The notes under the pieces are model-generated. The model did not search any database. It was given only the letters and a program-made list of their open reading frames with translations, and was not told where the DNA came from. A stretch of DNA of 34,606 bases from Erysipelotrichaceae bacterium (GTDB taxonomy: Bacteria > Bacillota_I > Bacilli_A > RFN20 > CAG-826), in assembly GCA_012518415.1 (NCBI GenBank), contig JAAYSH010000037.1:1-34606 (forward strand), read 5' to 3'. Every line of letters begins with the position of its first letter. Position 1 is the first letter of the stretch. Positions 26,925-34,606 of the stretch are shown piece after piece. The position numbers and the translations under genes are program-made.

Positions 26925-27563
26925 ATGAAACGAAATTTACTTAGTGGGCTTTTACTAATTGCTTTAACAACTGCAAGTTGCGGCAAGCAAACAAGGGTGC
27001 CGCTTATTAGTTATAATGGCGATATTGTAGTAAGTAATGAGCCATCAACAATCAAATTAAGTATCGAATCTTTTGGTTATTTATACAATAACGATCTTGA
27101 TTTTATCTTGTTTTTAAGTAGTAATACTTGTCCAAGTTGTATCGAGTTTATTCCGACTTTAGAAGCGTATTTACTTGAACATCAAACTTTAATTTATGAA
27201 TTTAATGTCTCACTTAATTCATTTGAAGGCTTACTTGCAACTTATCCTGAGGCGATTAATTACTTTTATACGCCGTCAATACATTTATTTAAAGACGGTG
27301 AAGTTAGTTATGTATTTAGTAATCTTGCCTCTTTAAATGTTAAACAATTACATGCTAAGATCCGTGATAATAGCAAAATGATTAATCACTACTTCTTCCA
27401 AAGTGAAGCCTTAATTAATGGGCCTAGATTTAAAGAGAAGTATCCAAATGCTTTAACTTTAGATTTAAGTAATCCTAGTGAAGCGATAGCTTATAAAGAT
27501 TTAGTAACTGAGTCTAGTGACGAGCGAACTTATATTATTAATGAAGCCTTTCTATCAACTTAA
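26925..27563 (+). CDS. Lipoprotein with thioredoxin-like CxxC domain
   Basis: Signal peptide II MKRNLLSGLLLIALTTAS-C, TCPSC, cis-Pro loop YTPSIHLFKDG. Confidence 0.8.
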   Translation: MKRNLLSGLLLIALTTASCGKQTRVPLISYNGDIVVSNEPSTIKLSIESFGYLYNNDLDFILFLSSNTCPSCIEFIPTLEAYLLEHQTLIYEFNVSLNSFEGLLATYPEAINYFYTPSIHLFKDGEVSYVFSNLASLNVKQLHAKIRDNSKMINHYFFQSEALINGPRFKEKYPNALTLDLSNPSEAIAYKDLVTESSDERTYIINEAFLST

Positions 27564-27581
27564 ATATAATTTAGAGTAAAG

Positions 27582-27610
27582 AAAAACCGTCCAAATTATG
27601 GACGGTTTTT
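27582..27610. terminator. Bidirectional intrinsic terminator
   Basis: AAAAACCGTCCA-AATTA-TGGACGGTTTTT, a perfect 12-bp inverted repeat between convergent genes. Confidence 0.88.
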
Positions 27611-27620
27611 GTTGGTCTAA

Positions 27621-28514
27621 CTATTTTTCAAGAATAACAGAGTGTTTGAAGTATGAGAAGACGTACCCATTTTCTTGTAAGTATTTGGCAATCTTATCAT
27701 TAAATTCAAATTGGACATCCCAGAAGTCGCCAGTAAGAGTCCAATAACGTAACTGTGTATTAATTTGGTTTTCACCAAATCCAGTAACGACAAATTGGAC
27801 GGCTGGTTCATCTAAGACGCGTGAATCAGCGCGAACCATATCTAAGATGACATCGCGAAGTGGTTCGATAACCGTTTCTTCTGGAAATGCGATTTCAATC
27901 CGTGCTTGTCTGGTTGGGTAAAAGCCGTAGTTAATTTTATGGTTATTCATAACGGTTTTGTTAGGAATAATAACTTTTTGGCCAGTTGCACTTTTAAGTG
28001 ATGTTGTCATTAAGTCAACATCGGTAACTGAACCACTTACGCCTGCGATTTCAACCCAATCACCAGTAGCGAATGGTTTTGTTGATAAAATTTGGACGCC
28101 TGCCGCAAAGTTTGCCACTGTATCTTGAAGTGATAAACCGATTGCAAGAATCGCACTTGAGATTACATTAGCAAGTCCTGTTAACGGGATACCTAAGATC
28201 GCAATAACGGCGATTACGAGTAAGAATCGTAAAACAAATGAGACGACGTTAACAATAAAGCGGTTAACACTTGGGTCACGGCGTTTTTTATTAATTTTTA
28301 AGAATCCACCAAGGATACCCAAAATGGCTTTAATTAAAAAGTGGCCAACAATAATAACGATAATGACAATTAAGATGCGAGTAAAAATATTACCCCATAA
28401 GGCACCATCGCTTACTTGAGCCCATAAGTCTCGAAAAAATTGGCTAATTTGTTCACCAAAGCTCTCATTAGCAGGTTCTTGTGCTTGCGTTAATAAATTT
28501 AAAAACTTAAACAT
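27621..28514 (-). CDS. mscS: Small-conductance mechanosensitive channel
   Basis: Three TM helices, LAIGLSLQDTVANFAAG, KPFATGDWVEI..VSGSV, IIPN. SD AAGGAGG. Confidence 0.92.
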   Translation of the reverse strand: MFKFLNLLTQAQEPANESFGEQISQFFRDLWAQVSDGALWGNIFTRILIVIIVIIVGHFLIKAILGILGGFLKINKKRRDPSVNRFIVNVVSFVLRFLLVIAVIAILGIPLTGLANVISSAILAIGLSLQDTVANFAAGVQILSTKPFATGDWVEIAGVSGSVTDVDLMTTSLKSATGQKVIIPNKTVMNNHKINYGFYPTRQARIEIAFPEETVIEPLRDVILDMVRADSRVLDEPAVQFVVTGFGENQINTQLRYWTLTGDFWDVQFEFNDKIAKYLQENGYVFSYFKHSVILEK

Positions 28515-28541
28515 ACCTTCCTCCTTTTATATTGCCCTTAA

Positions 28542-28569
28542 ATTGTAGCAATTATCTTACATTTTGCAA
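28542..28569 (-). promoter_or_regulatory. Sigma-A-like promoter of mscS
   Basis: Minus strand TTGCAA, 16 nt spacer with TG, TACAAT. Confidence 0.55.
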
Positions 28570-28716
28570 TTGTTAGAATTTTAAGATTGACCAGAAACGA
28601 ATATTATTACTTATTTTTCGATTATTTTTCTTAGTTAATTTTGGGAATACGCTTTAATTGATGCGATTTTTCTTTAATTAGATTAAATCAATTACTTAAT
28701 ATTGCAAATTTTGTAT

Positions 28717-28745
28717 TTGCAAATTGTAACTTACTAACATATAAT
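28717..28745 (+). promoter_or_regulatory. Sigma-A-like promoter of the nucleoside-kinase fusion gene
   Basis: TTGCAA (28717-22), 17 nt, TATAAT (28740-45). Confidence 0.7.
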
Positions 28746-28778
28746 TATTATCATTAAGATTTTAGAAAGGTCGAAAAT

Positions 28779-30425
28779 ATGAAAATTACTTTAACTATTA
28801 AAGGGAAACCACGTGTTTTTCACGGCCGCGTCCCGCTTGAATCTTTGCTTCACGATGAAGGCAAAGAAATAATCGCGGCAAAAGTAAATAATCGAGTTCG
28901 TGAGCTTCGTTACGAAGTTTATTTCGATGCGAATATCGATTTTCTTAAATACCATGATAGTGAAGCGGTAAGAATTTATGAAACCTCTTTACGTTATTTA
29001 GTCGCTATGGCGATTGACCGTTTATATCCACAAACTGAAATTCGTTATTCTTATTCAATTTCTCGGGCGATTTCAATGCACATATTAGATGAAAGTATTG
29101 TCGTTGATGATGAGTTTGTCGCAAGGCTTAAAGAGGAAATTGATAGTCTAATTGCAAGGGATATTCCATTTAACCGTAAAATTGTTAGTAATGAAAAAGC
29201 GGCGGAGTTTTATCGCTCAAAACCTGAATTCCATGATAAACTCGCGATTTTAGATTACCGACCAGAAAAGACCGTCCACTTTTATGAGTGTGATGGCTAT
29301 TTAAACTATATGTATGGTTACATGGTTCCATCAACTGGTTACTTACACCGCTACAAAATCCAGCAATACAACGGTCACGTATTAATTCGCTACCCACGTA
29401 ATGAAACAAATGGTGAGATTCCAAAGTTTGAAGCGATGCCTAGTTATGCAAATACACTTAAAGAAGCGCAAGCTTGGGCGCTGAAAATGAATACTGATAC
29501 AGTTGCGGGTATTAATGAATATATTGAAAATGGTCAAGATGTTGAGTTAATTAATATGTCTGAAGCCCGGCATAATGATATGCTCGCAGAAATTGGCAAG
29601 ACAATTGCTGATAATAAAGATATTCGCTTAATTGCGATCGCCGGACCTTCTAGTTCTGGTAAAACAACTTTCTCAAACCGGTTACGGATTGAGTTAATGT
29701 CGCGGGGCTTACGACCAATAAGAATTAGTATCGATGATTACTACTTAAGTGATGAAGATACTCCGCTTGATGAAAATGGTGAGCGCGATTTAGAATCTGT
29801 AAATGCACTTGATTTAGATTTGTTTAATAAAAATATGAGCGATTTAATTGCTGGTAAAGAAGTTACGCTTCCGCGTTTTGACTTTATTAAACGGGAGCGG
29901 ACAAAAGGTCGCACACTTAAAGTTGCTAGTGATGAGCCAATTATTATTGAAGGAATTCATGCACTTAATGAGGTGATGACTGCTTCAATTCCAAAGAAAA
30001 ATAAATATAAAATATATATCGCTCCACAAGCACAGATGAATATTGATAACGATAACCCAATTTCTCTAACTGATCTTCGTTTATTAAGAAGATTAGTTCG
30101 CGATAAAGCATTCCGTAACTCTTCTGCCGAAGAAACAATCGCGATGTGGCCAAGTGTAAGGCGCGGAGAATTTAAGTGGATTTATGCAACTGAGGAAGAC
30201 GCTGATTATGTATTTAATTCCTTCCTCCCGTATGAATTACCCGTAATGCGTAAAGTTGCAATTCCGATGCTCCGTGAAATTGCTTACGAATCAGAATACT
30301 TCCCAACTGCTGAACGCCTTTTAAGGTTATTAAAATATTTCGTCGACTTAGATGAAACAAATATTCCAAACAATTCACTAATCCGTGAGTTTATCGGTGG
30401 TTCGGTGTTTGAGGAAACTAAATAA
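28779..30425 (+). CDS. Uridine-kinase-family protein with N-terminal TGS and ThrRS-editing-like domains
   Basis: IIAAKVNNRVREL (TGS-like), YMYGYMVPSTG, Walker A AGPSSSGKTT, ISIDDYY, IIEGIHALN, RLLRRLVRD, SV.RGE..WI. Confidence 0.85.
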   Translation: MKITLTIKGKPRVFHGRVPLESLLHDEGKEIIAAKVNNRVRELRYEVYFDANIDFLKYHDSEAVRIYETSLRYLVAMAIDRLYPQTEIRYSYSISRAISMHILDESIVVDDEFVARLKEEIDSLIARDIPFNRKIVSNEKAAEFYRSKPEFHDKLAILDYRPEKTVHFYECDGYLNYMYGYMVPSTGYLHRYKIQQYNGHVLIRYPRNETNGEIPKFEAMPSYANTLKEAQAWALKMNTDTVAGINEYIENGQDVELINMSEARHNDMLAEIGKTIADNKDIRLIAIAGPSSSGKTTFSNRLRIELMSRGLRPIRISIDDYYLSDEDTPLDENGERDLESVNALDLDLFNKNMSDLIAGKEVTLPRFDFIKRERTKGRTLKVASDEPIIIEGIHALNEVMTASIPKKNKYKIYIAPQAQMNIDNDNPISLTDLRLLRRLVRDKAFRNSSAEETIAMWPSVRRGEFKWIYATEEDADYVFNSFLPYELPVMRKVAIPMLREIAYESEYFPTAERLLRLLKYFVDLDETNIPNNSLIREFIGGSVFEETK

Positions 30426-30445
30426 TTTCATACATATTTTTTCAT

Positions 30446-30482
30446 AAAAAAAGCACATCATTGACAAGATGATGTGCTTTTT
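30446..30482. terminator. Bidirectional intrinsic terminator
   Basis: AAAAAGCACATCAT-TGACAAG-ATGATGTGCTTTTT, a 14-bp stem between convergent genes. Confidence 0.88.
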
Positions 30483-30502
30483 ACTTTATATATTTTTAAA
30501 AT

Positions 30503-31846
30503 TTAGACACCTTGGCGAATAAGTGCTTCAGCAACTTTAGTAAAACTATAGACGTTTGCACCAAACTCTAAATCATTTTCTTTGCCATATGTTTTAGCAG
30601 TCTCGTAAATATTAGAAAATATGTTTTCCATACTTTGCTTTAAAAAACCATCGACTTCTTCTTTATCATATGGGACAAAGCGGTGATTTTGGGAGATTTC
30701 TAAACCAGATGTTAAAACGCCTCCAGCATTTGCAGCTTTAGAAGGAATAAAAATAACTCCTGCTTCTTTTAAAATAGCAATCGCCTCAGGTTCAGTTGGG
30801 ACATTTGCCCCTTCACCAACGAGTTTAACTCCATTTTTAATAAGCGCCTTAACTCCATCAACTCCTAATTCATTTTGCGTTGCACATGGATGTGCGATAT
30901 CACATGGTAATTCCCAAATTTTAGTAAATTTATCATCAAATGTTGCCTCTTTATCATGTCTAACATAAAATTCTAAGCTATCATTTGGATCTTTTAAGTT
31001 ACTCACAATATAGTTCACATCTAAGCCGTTCGGACTGTAAATGTAGCCTAAAACATTACTTAAAGCGACGACTTTGCCGCCGAGTTCACTAATTTTTAAA
31101 GCAGCCGCGAGCGCGACTTCACCTGAACCTGAGATAACGACTTTTTTGTCTTTATATGAAGTATTTGCAATTTCATTTAATGCAGCATTAGTTATATAAG
31201 CAAGACCGTAACCTGTTGCAGTTGTTCTACCGTCAACACCGCCAAAACTAAGATGTTTGCCAGTAAAAGCGGCATCACTTTGATTAACTAATTTTTTATA
31301 ATAACCATACATATAACCGACTTCTTTAGCACCAACACCTAAATCACCTGCAGGAACATCCTTATTATCACCTATATGGCGGTATAATTCACTTATATAG
31401 GCCTGGCTAAAGCGCATAATATCTGCATCACTTTTACCGACAGGGTCAAAATCTGCTCCACCTTTAGCACCACCCATTAAAATTGGTGTGAGTGCATTTT
31501 TAAATGTTTGTTCAAATGCAAGTGATTTCAATACATCTAAATTAACACTTGGATGAAATCTAATTCCGCCCTTATATAAGCCAAGACTTGAATTATATTG
31601 GACGCGGTACCCTGTATTAACATGGGTTTTGCCAAATTCATCGACAAAACTCACTTTAAATTGGATCGTCCGTTCTGGTTCGAGTAATCTAGCGACGACA
31701 TTATGCTTTTCATATTCTGGGTGTTCATCCATAATTTCATCAACCGTTTTAAGCATTTTTAAAATCGTTTCATGAAACAATTTTTCATGCGGATATTTGT
31801 TTTTAATTATTTCAAATTGGTTTTTCAAATAATTGTTTTTTAACAT
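30503..31846 (-). CDS. gdhA: Glutamate dehydrogenase (about 450 aa hexameric type)
   Basis: GYRVQYNS.LG.YKGGIRFHPSV, EQTFKNALT, MGGAKGG, DVPAGD, ATGYG, PCATQNE, EGANVP, KAANAGGV. SD AGGAG. Confidence 0.94.
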   Translation of the reverse strand: MLKNNYLKNQFEIIKNKYPHEKLFHETILKMLKTVDEIMDEHPEYEKHNVVARLLEPERTIQFKVSFVDEFGKTHVNTGYRVQYNSSLGLYKGGIRFHPSVNLDVLKSLAFEQTFKNALTPILMGGAKGGADFDPVGKSDADIMRFSQAYISELYRHIGDNKDVPAGDLGVGAKEVGYMYGYYKKLVNQSDAAFTGKHLSFGGVDGRTTATGYGLAYITNAALNEIANTSYKDKKVVISGSGEVALAAALKISELGGKVVALSNVLGYIYSPNGLDVNYIVSNLKDPNDSLEFYVRHDKEATFDDKFTKIWELPCDIAHPCATQNELGVDGVKALIKNGVKLVGEGANVPTEPEAIAILKEAGVIFIPSKAANAGGVLTSGLEISQNHRFVPYDKEEVDGFLKQSMENIFSNIYETAKTYGKENDLEFGANVYSFTKVAEALIRQGV

Positions 31847-31857
31847 AATTATTACTC

Positions 31858-33561
31858 CTATTGTTCTAGTAAATATTGTAAAAGTATTTCACTTGCCCGT
31901 TGCGGTCCACTTGTTTCAAAGCCCGGTAAGGCAAGTTTTGTGTAAAGTTCACCAAGTAACACACCTCTTTGATCAAGGAGGTTAAAGTAATTTTCAAGTA
32001 AAACTTCGGTTTGCTCTTTTCTTTGCAAAGGTCCAAAGGGGTTAGCAAAATAAGATTCAACTAAGCCTTTTTCAGCGGTTGTCCCTTTTGCTCTTCTTCG
32101 GCCAGCTTTAAATACATCAAGTGCTTCATCCACATTATCAAATAATCTGAGCCCTTCTTTATCTTCATAGTTATTTGCGTATAAGACTAAATGAATTGGA
32201 TGTTTCGTTGAGATAAATTCATAACTTGATAGTGGCATAATTAAGCGCGCGTTAGTTTGGTCAGGATTCATAAATATCGCCCGATCAAATTCTTCATATG
32301 CATAGCCAGCATCTAAATCATCAAGACGGACGAATGCTCCAATTTCAGTTCCGCTGCCGGAGACGACTTTATTATTAATCGAAAATACACCCATATCATC
32401 AAATACTACTTCCATTGATTTAATATAGTCCTTTCCGATAACACGGAGTGCTTCAAGCGTTTCTGATTTACCTGCACCACTATCACCGATGATAACGACG
32501 TTTCTGCGTTTATTATTATTTAAATCAATTCTAACCATCGCACCATGAACGGGTAAATTACCGCGGTTAATCATTGCGACATTATGTAACGTTAGAACCA
32601 TTTTCTTTAAGTAACCAAAGTAATCATTTTTGGCTGCTCTTGAAACAAAGCCGATATATACATCATTTTCCTTATCATGATGAAATTTACAGTCAAATTC
32701 ATCTTCTCTAATCCCGTAGAGGAAAATTAAATCAGGTTTAGCGTTTTTACAGTAATCAGGTGATGCGATTTCAAATAAGTTTGTTAGTCCAATTCCTTGA
32801 TGGAGTAAATCGCGGTGAATATAACAAAAGGCGAGTAAATCACCAACTAAAAGCGGGAATATATAATAATGGGTATTATCAATACTTAAGTAATTAATCG
32901 GGTTATGATCAATTTCTTCAAAAACACCTTCACGAATATTACTTTTCGTATAAACGATAAATGGTGGTTGGGTTGCTACTGTTGTTATTAAAGGAATTCG
33001 GTATAAGTTTTCATAACCTTCTTCTAAATTAAGTCGATATGTTGCATATAAAAGTGAAGCATTCGTACCAGCAGGTAATTGACGGTATACCGTATGTGGT
33101 CTGCCTAATATTGTTTCTGTTATTGTCCGGTATAGGGCAATAATGTTTTCAGAAAACACTTCTGTAGCCGCAATCATTTCTGGATATTTCGCACTTTGTG
33201 GATGTGCCATTGATGAACGCATCATCCCAAAACGATTAAGCGCTCGCCAGTGATCATAAAACATATTTGTAAAATGTAGTAGCGGTCTACGCTTTGTGCG
33301 AAACTTGATTAAGTTTGGATCAATTTGAGATGCTTGATCAAAATTATGTGTAATTAACAGACGATAAAACCCGAGTAGTTCCTGAGTTGTTGGATATCCT
33401 AGTTGTTTAAGTATTTCATGGTCTTCCTTTTGCAAACGTGTGTAAAATTGCCGTAAAACATTTTGAAAATGCCATGAATTTATAATGGAAACTTTTGAAT
33501 CAATTTCACTTGAATCAAAGTTCATTAGTACGTATTCATCAGTTAAATGGAATTTTTTCAT
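31858..33561 (-). CDS. Divergent phosphoenolpyruvate carboxykinase-like protein
   Basis: Motifs collinear with PEPCK: YFGYLKK, PVHGA, P-loop GDSGAGKSE, FDDMG, GTEIGAF, TNAR. Start moved to ATG 33561 (SD GGGGG). Confidence 0.75.
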   Translation of the reverse strand: MKKFHLTDEYVLMNFDSSEIDSKVSIINSWHFQNVLRQFYTRLQKEDHEILKQLGYPTTQELLGFYRLLITHNFDQASQIDPNLIKFRTKRRPLLHFTNMFYDHWRALNRFGMMRSSMAHPQSAKYPEMIAATEVFSENIIALYRTITETILGRPHTVYRQLPAGTNASLLYATYRLNLEEGYENLYRIPLITTVATQPPFIVYTKSNIREGVFEEIDHNPINYLSIDNTHYYIFPLLVGDLLAFCYIHRDLLHQGIGLTNLFEIASPDYCKNAKPDLIFLYGIREDEFDCKFHHDKENDVYIGFVSRAAKNDYFGYLKKMVLTLHNVAMINRGNLPVHGAMVRIDLNNNKRRNVVIIGDSGAGKSETLEALRVIGKDYIKSMEVVFDDMGVFSINNKVVSGSGTEIGAFVRLDDLDAGYAYEEFDRAIFMNPDQTNARLIMPLSSYEFISTKHPIHLVLYANNYEDKEGLRLFDNVDEALDVFKAGRRRAKGTTAEKGLVESYFANPFGPLQRKEQTEVLLENYFNLLDQRGVLLGELYTKLALPGFETSGPQRASEILLQYLLEQ

Positions 33562-33712
33562 CGCTTTTCCCCCTATATAAACCATTATTATTTTAACTTA
33601 TTATGAAAAAATTTCCACCTTGAGTCCTAAAATTTTATGCTTCATTCTCTTAAAGATGTAAAAATATAGTACAATATCTACTAGTAATGAATTTAACTGG
33701 AGGAATATAAAA

Positions 33713-34606
33713 ATGGAATTTAGTAAAGAAATTGGTGAATCACTAACATTAAAATTTAGTGAACTAGCAAGAAAATATAAAGATGAAGGTAAAGAAATTA
33801 TTTCCATGGCAGTTGGTGAGCCAAACTTCCATACACCTGATTACATAAAAAAAGCAACCATTGATGCAATTAATAATAACTTAACAAAATACTCTTCTTC
33901 ACGCGGCTTATTTCCGCTTCGTGATGCGGTTGTTAAAGATTTAAACGAACGATTTAAAACTGATTATGGAGCAAGTAATGTTTTAATTACTCCTGGAGTA
34001 AAAAGTTCACTCCATCTAGCTCTTGCATCAGTCTTACTTCCTCAAGATGAGGTGATTGTGTTAAGCCCGTATTATGTTTCTTATCCAGCAATTATTAAAA
34101 TCGCTGAACCAAAAAGCAAAATAACTTATATCCCTAGTTTAGAAAATGGCCGACTTGATTTAGGGCTAATTTCTGGGGCATTTAATAAAAACACAAAAGT
34201 AATTATTGTTAACTCCCCTTCAAATCCAGCAGGAATTGTCTTAAATGAGGAAGAAATTGAAACAATTATTACGCTTGCAAAAAAATATAATACGTACATT
34301 TTAAGTGATGAAATTTATGATAAATTAGTCTTTGACGGTGTCGAATTTAATTCGTTTTTAGGTCGCGGAGTTAAAGACTTACTTATTTATACGAACGGAT
34401 ATTCAAAATCATATGCGATGACCGGGTTTAGAATTGGTTATACAGTCGCATCAAGTGAAGTAATTGAAAAAATGTTAAAGTTGCAGCAAAACATTAATAC
34501 TCATACTGCTACATTTACGCAGTATGGTGCGCTAAGTACATATGAGAATGAACCAACCCATTTAAAACCATACTTAAAAGACTTACAGTACCGTGTAAAT
34601 AAACTC
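33713..34606 (+). CDS. PLP-dependent class I/II aminotransferase (aspartate aminotransferase-like), 3' end beyond the window
   Basis: Not in the ORF track. SD GGAGG, ATG 33713: MEFSKEIGESLTLKF..SMAVGEPNF..KYSSSRGLFPLR..NSPSNPAG..SDEIY..NGYSKSYAMTGFRIGY (PLP lysine motif). Open to the window end. Confidence 0.92.
   Translation, partial: MEFSKEIGESLTLKFSELARKYKDEGKEIISMAVGEPNFHTPDYIKKATIDAINNNLTKYSSSRGLFPLRDAVVKDLNERFKTDYGASNVLITPGVKSSLHLALASVLLPQDEVIVLSPYYVSYPAIIKIAEPKSKITYIPSLENGRLDLGLISGAFNKNTKVIIVNSPSNPAGIVLNEEEIETIITLAKKYNTYILSDEIYDKLVFDGVEFNSFLGRGVKDLLIYTNGYSKSYAMTGFRIGYTVASSEVIEKMLKLQQNINTHTATFTQYGALSTYENEPTHLKPYLKDLQYRVNKL

Noticed and set aside
1575-32060. Other 60-86 aa ORFs in the track (1575, 4040, 4473, 7735, 9668, 12971, 17238, 17525, 18543, 18748, 21070, 21421, 25010, 25518, 26273, 26339, 27617, 29185, 29965, 31866)
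   Set aside because: Nested within or antisense to well-supported genes, with no recognisable motifs.
33601-33807. 68-aa minus-strand ORF
   Set aside because: Antisense to the aminotransferase that starts at 33713 with a strong SD.
1-34606. Genetic code 4 (TGA = Trp), CRISPR arrays, tRNA/rRNA genes, IS elements
   Set aside because: TGA ends several genes at natural positions and long ORFs are intact in code 11. Intergenic gaps are short and show no repeat-spacer, cloverleaf or transposase signal by eye.

Overview
Low-GC, gene-dense chromosomal window using genetic code 11 (TGA is a stop, e.g. the ATGA overlaps at 4406, 10459 and 17461). Gene content points to a reduced-genome Bacilli or Mollicute-adjacent organism (inference). 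From left to right: the 5' end of hsdS and a long hsdM (type I R-M); glycogen genes glgC-glgD-glgA; an intact Wadjet/MksBEF-type jetA-jetB-jetC operon with no jetD nuclease next to it; a remodelled version of the Bacillus rqcH/gmk-priA-sun-rlmN-prpC-prkC-rsgA-rpe-rpmB block; trmL, a choline-kinase-like gene, ppa, a CxxC lipoprotein, mscS and a ThrRS-domain/uridine-kinase fusion; and a PEPCK-like gene plus gdh transcribed divergently from an aspartate-aminotransferase-like gene. Most notable: (1) the JetD-less JetABC with core-like Arg codons, a candidate domesticated condensin; (2) a full-length RsmB homolog lacking both catalytic cysteines and the SAM motif; (3) a PrkC with no TM or PASTA domain, HCD in place of HRD, no Thr in the activation loop and a MinD-like C-terminal helix; (4) a tautomerase-like protein with an 8-Cys acidic tail where def/fmt normally sit; (5) several apparently leaderless genes. 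No rRNA, tRNA, CRISPR array or transposase was recognised. Family calls come from motif recognition by eye, not from database searches.
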